Shown piece by piece: positions 23,858 to 36,660 of a DNA stretch of 64,000 nucleotides (the stretch's first letter is position 1; the number at the start of each line of letters is the position of its first letter). Under the pieces are notes generated by a model that ran no database searches, had not been told where the DNA came from, and saw nothing but the letters and a program-made list of their open reading frames with translations. This stretch comes from Azolla caroliniana (Eukaryota; Plantae; Polypodiophyta). Position numbers and translations under genes: made by a program. Location: positions 9,672,001-9,736,000 of the forward strand of contig JBHGNT010000010.1 of NCBI GenBank assembly GCA_043228905.1, given 5' to 3'.

Positions 23858-24652
23858 TGTCGTGAAGATTTTCAACAATCGTGTGAAAATCGCATAAAAC
23901 ATATGAAATCGAGTATGAATCATATAAAACAATAATAGTGAAAATACTATTTTAAATAAGTTTAATATCTTAGTACAAAAAGATGGAGGTCTTCAAGAGC
24001 TTTCGAATGCACTTTACTACATAAGAAACAGACATCTAAGTTTCAAGTTATGTGGGTAGGAAGTTTGCAAAAGGAAAAGAGAAAGATAAAACTGTGAGAT
24101 ATCCCACATAGACAGGACAAATTAGGATCTCACCATATATAAGGTATAGCAAAAGCTATTATCTATGTGTCTATGTGAGGAGCACACATGTTCCGGAGAC
24201 TTGGGCAGTTGCAGAAAGCCAATGTGAGACCCAAGAGATGGACGGTGGTGATACCCATGTAGGACACTCCATCTAGAGACTTGGGCAGTTGCGTTGAGAA
24301 CCAAGAGACAAATGGTAGGAAACGAATGTAAATTTGAAAGGTAAAAAATTAGAATGTAAAAGGGGGGAGAAAATGTAATGTATTATTGAAGAATTTAATA
24401 AGAAGAAAATTCGTCATCCAATTGATGATTTATCTTGTTTCTTAAATCTAAAAGTTAAAAGTTCAATCTTAATCTCTCTCTCCATTTCAATCTCTCTCAA
24501 TCTAAAGTCAAGCGTTTAATCTCAATTTCTCTCTCTCTCAATCTACCTTAAATACTTTCTCGCTAAAGCTTGTGCCAACTTCGAATCCTTCTGGTCCAGG
24601 ACCCCGGTGGTTCCGCCTCACGATCTGCGCTTAGTGACGGATCTTTACAACA
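23858..24652 (+). mobile_element. Solo LTR of a Ylt1-type gypsy family
   Basis: TGTCGTGAAGATTTT...ACAACA with 4-bp TSD ACGT (23854-23857 / 24653-24656). Its start matches LTRs at 58655 and 63656(-). Confidence 0.85.
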
Positions 24653-24656
24653 ACGT

Positions 24657-25215
24657 GGCCTACCATTCCTGGACGAAACATATCCAGCCAAGGTACCACA
24701 GGATCTGGGAGAGAGTAGAAGATCAAGATTTCATGCTGACGAAGATCTGCATAGAGAAGAATGGGTCGGACATGCTAGCCAAAGTGTTGACAACTGACAA
24801 GCTGGACGCATCCCAAAAGCGGATTGGGTTGGCAGGACATCCCATGCCGGAGTGAAGGGGGAGATTGTTGGGAAATGCGTAAGATCGAACAGTGGCAGAT
24901 GATGGTTGGAACGCATAATGACAGCAAGTGAGAGTAGAATTGCAGTAGTGGAGAATTGCGTAAGATCGAAAAGTGGCAACAATATACGACCTTCACAGTA
25001 GCAGCAACTGAGTGTAGAGTGGCAGCAATGGAGTGTAGAGTGGCAGCAATGGAGGAGTGAACTTGGCAGATGATGCTTGGACTGAACAGTGCCAGCAATT
25101 AAGTGTAGAATGACGGCAATGGAGGAGTGAACTCCGTCGGATCGAACAATGGTAGATGATACTTGGACCGCACAATGCCAGTAATTGAGTGTAGAATGGC
25201 GGCAATGGAATAGTG
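24657..25215 (+). mobile_element. copia RNase H end, PPT and start of a 3' LTR containing ~82-bp degenerate tandem repeats
   Basis: AYHSWTKHI..YH.IWE..DMLAK, then PPT GAGTGAAGGGGGAG and TGTTGGG at 24866. GATCGAACAGTGGCAGATGAT-type units at 24882, 24964 and 25140. Confidence 0.75.
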
Positions 25216-25399
25216 GACTCAATAGGGTTTAGCAACATTGGTAGTAATCTAAGCCAGAATGCTCAACCAGAGATGGCCCATGTGATGTGGCAAAGGATCA
25301 TGCATAATGGACCTACGAATTCCGTATATAATTTATGGTGCACATATCAATTTATGTTGCATGTTTATGTTACACATTTATGGTGCTCATTTATATAAT

Positions 25400-25524
25400 T
25401 AAAACTCTCTACTATTTTCAATGGTACCTTTTTGCATAGCTAATTTATCAATGGTAGCTTTTTGCATAGCTAATTAGCTATGTCAAGGACATAGCTAATT
25501 GTTTCCGCTCACATGCTTTCATCC
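25400..25524. mobile_element. Right terminus (TIR plus subterminal palindromes) of the DNA transposon family that starts at 45818
   Basis: TGTTTCCGCTCACATGCTTTCATCC (25500-25524) is a 22/25 inverted match to 45818-45842 and is followed by TATA. TAGCTAATTAGCTA lies at 25467-25480. Confidence 0.8.
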
Positions 25525-28500
25525 TATAGTCAATAAAAAATGCATGAGGTTAGAAAAAGCATGATCACTTTTAGAAAAAGCATGTTAGAGAAAGCATATA
25601 GTCTATAGATAGAGAAAGCATGGAGTCCATAGTTTGAGAAAAAGCATGGATTGCTAAGACTCTCTCATCACTATATAAGGATGTGAGTAAATTGTAATGG
25701 GGAGAGAAAGTTATGGATAAAAAATCATTAAGGTTCAAAAATAATGATTTTCTAGGATTCACAAGCTTTCTATATCTTTCTCTTCCAATCAATTCTAATT
25801 TATTGTTAGGGTTTTAAATAGTAATAAAATAAATAAACTATACTCATGGGATTCACGAGGTTTCTATATCCTTCTCTTTCAATCTAAACTCATATTATTA
25901 TCTAAATATTGATTAATAACATACATTATACTTGTGGGATTCACAAGTTTCTATCTCTCTTTCTTATAACCTATTCATAAGTAGACTTGTCTTGAATTCT
26001 TCCTCCTCCTAGTCCAAAACCCCAACGGTTCCCACCCGACTCACGCAACGATCTGACGCTGAAAGGCACTACACATTTTGCGAACTGCACGTGAAAGCGG
26101 GTGGCATGGATATGGAGAATCAACAAGAGGTGATGACCATGATGTTCAACTACATACTACAAGAACAATGCGCGATGTCGGAGATCAAATCGGCAGTAGA
26201 GCGGCTTGTGCAAAGAAACGATCAATTCAACGTAAAGGATGTGTCACGCTATCTATGTGACTACAAGGCGGGGATGATGCGATGTGGGATACCGGAAGGA
26301 TTGGAAGTGATATCCTTCAGTCGAGTGGCCAGGGATGAGCTACAAGAGAGCATCTACGAGATACAACAACAAAACCCAATGTGGATGTCCTTTGAGAAAG
26401 CTCTATTGGCGAAACATGATTACAAGAGACCAAAGGGACGAGGTCATCATGAATTCGACTAGTGGGTGGCATCGGAGAAGACCTACCAAAGTGCGACACA
26501 ATCATTCCTAGAGTTTGAGCATCGTTTTGCTCAACTCTCAGAGCGGGAACACAGATTGGTGGGGGTAGAGAAAGTCCTAATGTTCATAAGATTGATCGAT
26601 CGGAAAGAAAGGATGGACATCAGGATCAAACTTAAAGAAGACAACGATGCAAATGGATTCACCAAAGATTGTGCCGAAGTTGAAAGAGTGGGCCACATAC
26701 ATGATAAGAGGAAATAAAGAATCTCGTTAGCAACAATGTGGTTCATGAGGGATGGTCGATTGAGGTTGAATGATGTGGCCAATACAAAGGTTGAAGTACA
26801 ATTCAACGGTACCACGGGAGAGGGCGTGGAACAAGCCATCCTCTGGCCTTGCGAAAGAACGATAGCCAAGGATAAGGCCGATGACCTAAGAGTGGTGAAC
26901 ACCACTTCAAGTGTGGAAGAAGGTTTCGGGATACAACTGCTCGAAACTTTGGGTGACCAGGGGGTAAGCGTAATCGAAGCTTGCAGGATCGAGGAGGGCA
27001 ATGAGTGTGAAGCCTATGGAGTTGAAGAGATATCCACAGATAACAACATCGAGGCAAAGGTGGTTAAGGATGATTCGATGGAGGACGGTAATACCGAGGA
27101 TTCCTTCCCACTAATTCTAGAGAATTCGGCAGTAGCATTTGAGAGCCAACGTGAGACCGAAGAGATGGAAGGTGGCAACGAGGAAACAAAGGTTGAAGAC
27201 GATGCATATGAAAGAGAGATAGTCGAGAAGGTGGTTATGGATGAGTCAATGGGGGATGGCCAAGGCGAGACTTTCCCAACACTAATTCTAGAGACTTCGG
27301 CGGTTGCATTCGAGAGGCAATGTGAGACCGGAGAGACGGAAGGTGGTAGTGGGAAAGTGGAAGACCAAGCCAATGTGAGCGATAAGTACAAGGTGATTGT
27401 GATTGATCAAAGACATAAGTATTCCTCCAATCCTATTCCAAAGACTTCGGCAGTTGTGCACGAGAGACAACATCAGACCGAAGAGATGGAGGGTTGTGGT
27501 GAGGTAGAGTTCGATGAAGAGATAGAGAGTGTTAAGAAAGGAAGAACTGGAAGTCAATTGGGATGGAAGATGATCCGACTGGTATTCCGATCCAAACGGA
27601 AGCCAACTCGAGCGAAAATCGATCGGTCAAACCCGACCCAAAAGGGGGCCGACTCGGACGAAACCGATCGACCGAATCCGATTATGTCGAATGCGAATCC
27701 GGTCGGAAGTTGATTCAACCGGAATCCGATCGGACGAGACCGATACGGAAGGAAGCTAATATGACTCAACCGGAGGTCGAAGCGATCAAGGCCAGTGAAT
27801 GCGAGGAAGAGGCCAAGCAGGCGCACTACCATGGACACCAAGGGCCAAGTGGGCCTAGTGGATTTGAAGGGTGTTATTGAGGATGACATCTCGACAATGG
27901 AGGGCTCTAACATGAAGATTGTCAACTCTAAAGGAAGATTGTATGACGAAGGTGGACGAAGTAGGAAGCATCATAACATGCACTTGAAGGGTCTACATGG
28001 GATAATCAACGTTGGTATTTGGACAAAGACTTGGGGAGGAAGGCACGAAACAAGAATAAATGATGGGTCGAAGTGCCTTGACCAAGGAGACATTCGGAAT
28101 GAAGGTGGCAAATGCACGAGACATGAAGGGTAAAGCTCAAAAAGAGCACAAGGAGCCATGAGAACCGGTCATGGCAATGCAAAGAGTGAACGAAGAATAT
28201 GGTGGATCCGATGGCGACAATGGTTGGGGTGGAAAAAATAGATGTGCTCAAAATGGAGAGACAAAGTCCACATAGCGAGAGAAACGGAGGATGCTACGGA
28301 TGAAGGAGAGTAACAAGCATTGGCAACTTCGGCACATACCGGAGGATGTGCAGGTTTGGAGGGGGCGAGTGTCGTAGTGTATTTCGTACACTACGTGACA
28401 AACATATGGACTCAATAAATATAATGAAATAGAAGAAAATATTAAAAAATATATTTCATGCATAGGGCAAGATTCAAACCTTGTACCTCCATATTAATAA

Positions 28501-29207
28501 TTTGGAGCCTCACCATTACATTAACACACCAAGAGTGTTAAACAAATAGATGTCCCATATACAAACATAACTTCACGCATATTTTCTAGGAAAAAGCATG
28601 ATAGAAACAAGCTACGCATGCACATCTAGTGTGCATAAACACTATAGTCAATAAAAAACGCATGAGGTTACAAAAAGCATGATCACTTTTAGGAAAAGCA
28701 TGTTAGAGAAAGCATGTAGTCTATAGATAGAGAAAGCATGGAGTCTATAGTTTGAGAAAAAGAATGGATTGCTAAGACTCTCTCATCACTATATAAGGAT
28801 GGGTGTAAATTGTAATGGGGAGAGAAAATTATGGATAAAAAATCATTAGGGTTCAAAAATAATGATTAATAAAATAAACTATGCTTGTGGGATTCACAAG
28901 TTTTTTATATCTTTTTCTTCCAATCAATTCTAATTTATTATTAGGGTTTTAAGTATTAATAAATAAATAAACTATACTCGTGGGATTCACGAGGTTTCTA
29001 TATCCTTCTCTTTCAATCTAAATTCATATTCTTATCTAAATATTGATTAATAAAATACATTATAATTCTGGGATTCACAAGTTTCTATCTCTCTTTCTTA
29101 TAACATATTCATAATTAGACTTGTCTCAAATTCTTACTCCTCCTAGTCCAAAACCCCAACAGTTGCCACCCGACTCACGCAACGATCCGGTAGCGAAAGG
29201 CACTACA
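25525..29207 (+). mobile_element. Non-autonomous Ylt1-type LTR element (gag-like, no pol)
   Basis: 5' LTR remainder 25525-26073, degenerate Trp PBS, gag remnant (FNVKDVSRYL) and acidic repeat ORF 26736-27713. PPT GGAGGGGGCGAG, then full 3' LTR 28370-29207. Confidence 0.85.
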
Positions 29208-29279
29208 GTGCACACCACACTTTTTCCATTTCCATGCTCTAGTTTTCCCTCTTGCGCCTGATGCAAACAAAAAGGTAAT

Positions 29280-29800
29280 CACAATGTCTGCCATCACATT
29301 GATTTATCTAAACTTGCTAGTTGTAACTCTATGATTCAAGAATGTAGGTTTAAAGGTATGAACCTTTCAAAGATTGACAATCGGGTTGCCAAGGAAACGT
29401 CCCTCATTCCCATTTTGATTTTGTAGGCCTTCAGGTATCGAGTCACATCTTTCCCATCAAAGCAACCATTTGCATTCATGATCTTTTTAATGGCCTCGTC
29501 AAGGCCTATGGTTCGTCATCATGGTCTTCACTCAAACCAAATTGTTTCTCGAATCACTAGCAGTCGATTCACCTGCCCTCCTCCCTTGCCACTCTTTCAC
29601 GTTGGGTTGACCAAATTTATGTCATAAAGCTACATGAGGGCTTGTGAAATCTAAGCAGGATCACCGGGCATTTGAATTAGAGAGGATGGGTTGACTTGAT
29701 TATTTTAAGTTCAACATACAAGGATGTCGATGTCCAGACTAGTTTAAGGTAAGTGTGTTTTGAATTGAAGATTGATTGTGTGTAGATATCTATCGACGGG
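29280..29800 (-). mobile_element. Fragment of another Ylt1-type element (LTR end, PBS, gag start)
   Basis: Minus strand: ..TGACA (29620), PBS TGGTCAACCCAACGTGA, then GLDEAIKKIMNANGCFDGKDVTRYLKAY. Confidence 0.75.
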
Positions 29801-30891
29801 ATAGGTAGATCTCTTACTTTTAATCTTGGTATTTATTTTATTCATTATTTATTTATTTTTATTATTAGTATTAGTATTGTTATTATCTTATTTAAATTAA
29901 GGAGTTATTATTATTTGATTTATATTATTTATCTATATACTTATGTATTTCAATGTTGTTATTAAACTCTTATCATAATTTTAGGTTTATTTACTTATTT
30001 ATTTTGCGATTATTATTATTATTATTTAACATTATAATTAATTATTTTTCATATTTCCTTCCTATTTTTATTAATATTTATGTATTTTTACTATTGTTAT
30101 ATATTCTATTTAATTATTTCCTAATTTTTTATTTTATATATTTATATATCCCAACCTTCATCCCAATTTGTAAGTCTTGGCTTGACAACAGTTCCTCTGT
30201 AGAATGGCTTTGGTTTTCTGATGTCATTAAAGTGTAAGAGATCATTAACACATTTTACCAAATATTGCTTTGCTTTGGAGGTTATAGATTATGTAAATTC
30301 AACAAGTAGAATAATGGAAAATGTCCACCTTGTTGTAGAGTATATGCATCATAATGATGATGGCTTATGGCTCTTGAATATCCCCAACGTATACCAATTA
30401 TTTGAAAAGAATTCTTGGATTTAACTTGTTGCATACAATTGGTACATGAGCGTTTTTTACGTGGTGATTGACTAGATGCTCGGCCTTCAAATGAATAGCA
30501 ATTTACCTATTTAAATCCCAAATTATATACCTACAACATCGAGTTATTTGAAACATGTAATATGTCGCAATTTGAGAACAGTCCGTCAAAAAAAGACAAA
30601 ATAGTTGATTCACAAAAAGTGGTGTCGCATGTGTAAAGGATTTTCAAAAATGACCCAAAAATGTATTTATTTTTAGCATGTCCAACATTGTAGGTCTTTA
30701 CAAAAACACTTAAATAATAGACATGCCAAACTTACAAAAGAATGTACAAAATGACTACCACCTATATTTATACATATTCGATAATTAACATTTTGATGTA
30801 CAATGCAATATTTACCGTTCATGTATTAGCACTATTGCTTTCCAAGACTATGCCATCATTTTCAGACCCATCCGATGAACTAGAAGAGCTT

Positions 30892-32980
30892 TGTCAGGTC
30901 TCATCCTCATCATCACTACAACCAATACATTGTCTTCATCCAATTGCAATCCAACCTCACCGTGGTTATGAGACATGCTTCTTGTTTGTCTTTGTGTCGT
31001 GGCTAGAGCCACGTTTGGGATCTGTTGGCATAAACGGCCAACTCCATCCACATTGTATCCTACGTGTGAACATGTTCTCAGGTTAGGGTTTGAGTATATA
31101 AGCCCAGCCCTAACATTTACACATAGATGAGAGTTGCAGTCGGTCTTTCATTCGTTATATTTTTGCTTCTGCCACCTCTGTCCTCTTATTGGCACTTTCG
31201 AGTACAAGTCTTTTTTTTCTTTTAACTGCTCCTGCAATCCTCTATTAAGTACCTGTACATCCTCCAATCCATGTGTTTGAAGACTTTCCTCCGCTTCATT
31301 TAGTTTAGACTCCACATTTCGTAATCAGGCCGACTATTCTTCGTCGGTCTGCTTGACGACCGACCACTCTGTGTGCATTTGGTCGGATGCCTTTGTTGCT
31401 CGTTTACAGACTTCGGCAATCTCTTTCGCTTCCTGAGTGGTTTTAGCCAATTCCTGATGAACTTTGACTAGAGTTGTATTGAGTCAGTCATATAGTAGAA
31501 ATTTGTTTGCATATACTCTGTGTCTATGTTGTAACGATTCTATCTTAAACTGTGTATAACCAATCAGTTGTGGTTGGCTTGGATCTTGTGTTGAACATAT
31601 ACTACAACTCGATCCGCTAGCATTCTAGGTGAGCTCACCTCGTCATGTAGGTGTATGCTCTGTACACTATTGTGTGTGACTCGTCAACGTTTCCCATCCT
31701 CCCACCTTACTACGGCTTGAGCAAGGTACCGAAGGAGAGAGTACCTAAACCCCATGTTACTAAGGGCAGTAACACTTTGGAGTCGAAAACTCTTTAGACT
31801 CTAAAGCTCATCAAAGTTGAAAGTTCTTTGGTGTTATTTAAAGCTCTTCAGACTTGAAAGCAAGGTGCTTCAGACTGGAAAGCAAGGTTCTTCATATTCG
31901 AAAACCCTCTAGAGTCAAAACCTCTCTAGAGTCGAAAGATCCCTAGAGTTGAACATTCTCTAGACTTGAAACCTCTCCAATGTCGAAAGATCCCTAAATT
32001 CGTTTAAAGACTTTCCTTCTCTTCCTTTAGTTTAGACTCCACATTTCGTAATCTAGCTGACAATTCTTCGTTGGTCGGCTTGACGACCGACCACTCTATG
32101 TGCATTTGGTCGGACGCCTTTGTTGCTCGTTTACAGACTTCAGCGATCTCTTTCGCTTCTTGAGTGGTTTTAGCCAATTCTTGATGAACTTTGACTAGAG
32201 TTGTCTTGAGTCAGTTGTATAGTAGAAATATGTTTGCATATACTCTATGTCTATGTCGTAATGGTTCTGTCTTAAACTGTGTATAACCAATCAGTTGTGG
32301 TTGGCTTAGATCTTGTGTTGAACAAATACTACAACTCGATCCGATAGCGTTCTAGGTGAGCTCACCTCATCATGTAGGTGTATGCTATGTACACTACTAT
32401 GTGTGACTCGTCAACGTTTCCCATCCTCCCACCTTACTACGGCTTGAGCAGGGTACCGAAGGAGAGAGTACCTAAACCCCATGTTATTAAGGGCGGTAAC
32501 ACTTCGGAGTCGAAAACTCTTTAGACTCTAAATCTCACCAAAGTCGAAAGCTCTTTGGTGTTATTTAAAGCTCTTTAGACTTGAAAGCAAGGCGCTTTAG
32601 ACTGGAAAGCAAGGTTCTTCAGAGTCAAAGGCTCACTAGATTCAAAAACCCTCTAGAGTCAAAACCTCTCTAGAGTCGAAAGATCACTAGACTTGAACAT
32701 TCTCTAGACTTGAAACCTCTCCAATGTCGAAAGATCCCTAAATTCGAAGGTTCCCTAGAGTCAAAACCTCTCTATAGTCGAAAAAGCACTAGAGGCGAAG
32801 GTTCTCTAGAGTCACAACCTCTCCAGAACCTTCAACTATAGGGACAACCAAAAGATTCCTATAGTTCAAGGTTCTTTGAAGTGGGACACTCTTTAGAGTC
32901 AAAAGCTCTCGAGAGTCGAACACTCTTTAGAGTTGAAAGCTCCCTCATATGGGGGTTTGACATTTTACTCTCCTTCCCCC
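30892..32980 (-). mobile_element. Probable long 3' LTR with PPT of an unidentified LTR element
   Basis: Minus-strand PPT GGGGGAAGGAGAGT (32967-32980), then TGTCAAACCCC from 32962, ending ..CCTGACA at 30892. TATA-like motif at ~31095-31102. Confidence 0.55.
31276..32746. repeat. ~730-bp direct tandem duplication plus ~21-bp CTCTAGAGTCGAAA-type minisatellite
   Basis: AGACTTTCCT...CCCTAAATTCG occurs at 31281-32002 and 32008-32746. The short units continue to ~32940. Confidence 0.9.
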
Positions 32981-35900
32981 ATTTGCCCTTGCGAGTAGAT
33001 CCTTGATTAATGTACGAGATTAAGCTTGAAACAAGATATTAACATAACAACATAGTATGAAAGATGGGTTACAAAATCTTAAGACGAAGGGAGCCTATTT
33101 TTAAGACGAAGGAAGATCCCTTTATAAGATAGGGCGTACAATGGTTTGAGGTGAATGATTACAATGGTGGAAACAACCGTTAACCGCTAGAATAAGTAAC
33201 AAAGAAAAAAATAGGATGGGGACGGTTGAAGCTTCCGATGCGAGGATCATACTAGTTTTTCCAAATCAAGAATTGGACCTACAAGCATACATCTATTTGT
33301 TAAATCATGTAAGACCGAATAACACAGTGCTTGCTTCCATTCACTCATTGTTCATCATGCCATTATATAGGCATACAAGAAACACAATGAAATTATTGGT
33401 TTATCAATAATAATTTTCATGAAGAAGTTAGAAGCAAAAGAAGATTAGAAATCAGCAGGAATTTAACCCACAACACCTTGTCTTGTGGAACCTAGCCCAC
33501 AAACATAGCAGCATTCACACTTCTGAGGACAAGGGAAACCTGCAAGTGTTTGAATCGACTTGAGGAATTCAAAGGGGAGCACACAAGGATTGAGCATGTG
33601 AAGAGGCCCTAACTAAAGAAGGCATGAGAATTCAACACCCAACTCAAGTCATGTTAAGAGCGAATGGGAACATGGCTCAGAAGGGTCAATTGCTCAAGTC
33701 ATTTGGTGTTAACCACATGAACATAACCCTTGAAAACCTGACCTCAGGACATGGGACGCTAATCGAATCAAACCCACTCACCCCAATTTACATGCAGCCG
33801 AAGAGAGTGTAAAGGGGAGTGCTTGTTTGTGTAGAATGCAGAACCTACAGACTTCGACCATGTGACATTCAAGCCCTCTCTTCTACCATGTTGAACCTTA
33901 GCTACATGGAGCCTTCGAGGCGTTCATCATTGTCTTGAGCTTTACCTTCAAGAATTCCGCGCTCGAGCTTTACCTCATCCTCAAACCTTGACTTAGATCT
34001 TACAAACCTCGAGTTCCCAACTCTCGACCCGAGGTTTGGGATCCAAGCCAAGCATTCACACTATGACTTTCTTTCACAAATACAAACATTCTACCTTTCA
34101 ATCCTCGAATCGAAGCATGGGCTGCAACCCAAACCTTACCCTTCCTCACCAAAATTGCATCTGTATACGTGCAACGTACACATAAGACACTTAACACATA
34201 CAAACTTTCCACCATTTTACCCTTCCTCACCAAATTTGCATCTGTATGCCTACACATAAGACACTTAACACATACAAACTTTCCACCATTAACCTTTCAA
34301 ATATGTGTGTGTGTGTATGTCTATACACACACACTCACTCACTCATCTAGCATGCTCATTTAAATACTTACTCAAAGACCTACATGTATATTTAAACATA
34401 AGAGTTACACTTAACCTTTACACATATTTTAATACATGCATATCCATATACTCACATACATTTCCATAAACACACATTACACATATCCCAACGACACTGG
34501 CATACTCATAATATGCGCGGGTTTGAATTCCAGCTCTGGCTAAATTATCATCCGAGAATTCCAAAACTTGACAAAGAGATATATATTTTTGCTCTAGTAT
34601 ACCAAAGTAATTCTCATTTACCTAGATCATGGAAAGGGCATGTTTTCAACTTATGTATTGAGTCAAACATTAATGCAATTATGATTTCTACATATTACAT
34701 TAAATTTGAGGGGAAATAAAATGAAGGGCAACTCCATTTTTGCAATAATTAATCATTTTACATAAGGTAAGGGAGATTAAGGTAAAGGATGATACGGTGG
34801 AGAAATCGTTGAGTTTCGGCATTGTAAGTCCACTAATGACAACATTCTCCTTCCTCATCATAGGCTTCCCTTGCACTCTTGTGATTTGCTATCTCATGAT
34901 AATCTATATATCGTTAAAACCTCAATGATTGACTCCCAAATTTTTGTGAACCAAAAAACAATGAGCTCTCTTGTTCATTAAATAGCATTGTGGATCTCTC
35001 TTGTTTGCTAGTGCTGCCTACACAAGTGATATGAGTTATGTCCATAAAATATTCAATGATAATTGTTGGTGCCATAAATAATGTTAGACTCGGTCATGGA
35101 CGTATCTTATCGTGGAGTATTTACTATATGTGTATCACAAAAGAAAATGACTCTCTAGTAATAATGATAACATATGTATCTCATCAAGTATTTATATTTT
35201 TTTATTAATTGACTTGAGACAATAAATTAAGAAATGTGATAAGAGTTATTACTGTAACTAGAAAATGTTAAGGTCTCCTATACCGGTATAATGTATTGAT
35301 TGCCAAAAAAAGATCTAAAGTTAAACTATAATTTATTTTCGTGGGGGTCTTTATGATTTTTGTCTCTTTCTTTGATTGTTTGGAAGACTTGTAGTGCTTC
35401 ATTAACTTTTCTCACCTTTCATCCTTGTGGGATCCATATTTTCCATACTCAACGGAGGTGGCAACTCAAATTGTGACAAAAGCTCATATCAACAAACAAA
35501 AAACTAGCATAAGATTGAGTCAATGCAACATGTTTTTTTTATTATGTCTCCATATCGTGACTATGTGAGGTCTAATAGATTAGATTCGGACATGTTGGTA
35601 TAACTATATTATGTTATACTCCCTTTTATGTATTAAAGGTGGTAGATTGGCAAGTGGTAGTAGAGAACCAACAAGAGAGCGAGCGAGCGAGTTAGTTAGG
35701 TAGTCTTAGTTAGGTAGTCGGGGGGCGAGCAAAAGTTAATATGCCAACCAAAAGTTTGGAATGATGGACTCAAATTGCAAAAAGAAGACGATGGGGGGCA
35801 TAGGAATGAAATCAACGCCACATACATACATATGATTGATTATGGTTGACCTATGTCATTGACCAGCTTGCCACTTGGTCATTGACTACTGACCAGAGGA

Positions 35901-36033
35901 GACTTCTTCTGTCTGTCTGTCTTCTCTGTTTCTCTTGTCTCTCTGCATATATGTATATGTATAGGACACACACAGAAACAGAGACAGACACAGACACAGA
36001 GACACAGAGACAGACAGACCTTCAAAACCAGCC

Positions 36034-36660
36034 ATGGCAGCACACTCTCCATCTCCATCTCCTTCCTTCCTAATCAGATCCATCCTCCTCCTCCTCTTTC
36101 TCCTGCTGCTGCAGCTTCCTTCTCCATCGCTCTGCCAGTCACCATCCCCATCTCTTACCTTTGACGACGACTTTACCTCCTCCTCCTTCTCTTCCTCCCC
36201 TCCTCCAGCATATGATTCTGAGAGCTCAGGACCTAGCGATGCTGCTGCGACCACTTCTTTGTACGATTCAGGAGATGACTTCACATCCCCTTCAGCCCCT
36301 GCTCCATTTGATTCTGAAACCACTGATTATGCACCCACTTCTTCCTATGATTCCGAAACCTATCCTCCTCCTCCTCCTGCTGCGGATTCCAATTATTCTA
36401 CCCCCATGGAAGACCCCCAATTTCTTCCTCCTCCTGCCATGGCTCCTTCTCCCACTTCACCATCTGCGTCTGCACCATCTGCTCCTGCTCCTTCTCATGT
36501 ACCTTCCTCATCTAATTCCACCGCATCCTCTCGTTCATCCGGCCCCACCGTGAATGTGAAGATCAGCATCTCCGTCGGATCAATCGTCGGTGGTTCCACT
36601 GTCATCAGCCTCATCATCTTCCTGCTCAACTGGTTTAGAAAACGCAGACATGAAAAATGA
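36034..36660 (+). CDS. Secreted/type-I membrane Ser/Pro-rich (arabinogalactan-protein-like) protein, 208 aa, single exon
   Basis: Intact ORF in good Kozak context (GCCATGG). Hydrophobic signal peptide (ILLLLFLLLLQL), SP/AP/TP glycomodules, four YDS/FDS repeats, C-terminal hydrophobic helix and basic tail RKRRHEK. CT/GA-rich leader upstream. Confidence 0.8.
   Translation: MAAHSPSPSPSFLIRSILLLLFLLLLQLPSPSLCQSPSPSLTFDDDFTSSSFSSSPPPAYDSESSGPSDAAATTSLYDSGDDFTSPSAPAPFDSETTDYAPTSSYDSETYPPPPPAADSNYSTPMEDPQFLPPPAMAPSPTSPSASAPSAPAPSHVPSSSNSTASSRSSGPTVNVKISISVGSIVGGSTVISLIIFLLNWFRKRRHEK

Noticed and set aside
24880-25210. Repeat/spacer-like ~82-bp units
   Set aside because: Whole units are homologous and start right after a copia PPT, so these are ordinary U3 tandem repeats.
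29810-30150. 94-aa hydrophobic ORF at 29953-30237
   Set aside because: It is a by-product of AT-rich low-complexity sequence.
34136-34290. ~75-80-bp direct duplication
   Set aside because: It is a simple local duplication in non-coding TE-derived DNA.
35886-36553. Antisense and alternate-frame ORFs over the AGP-like gene
   Set aside because: They are explained by the CCT/TCT-rich codon composition of the real ORF.
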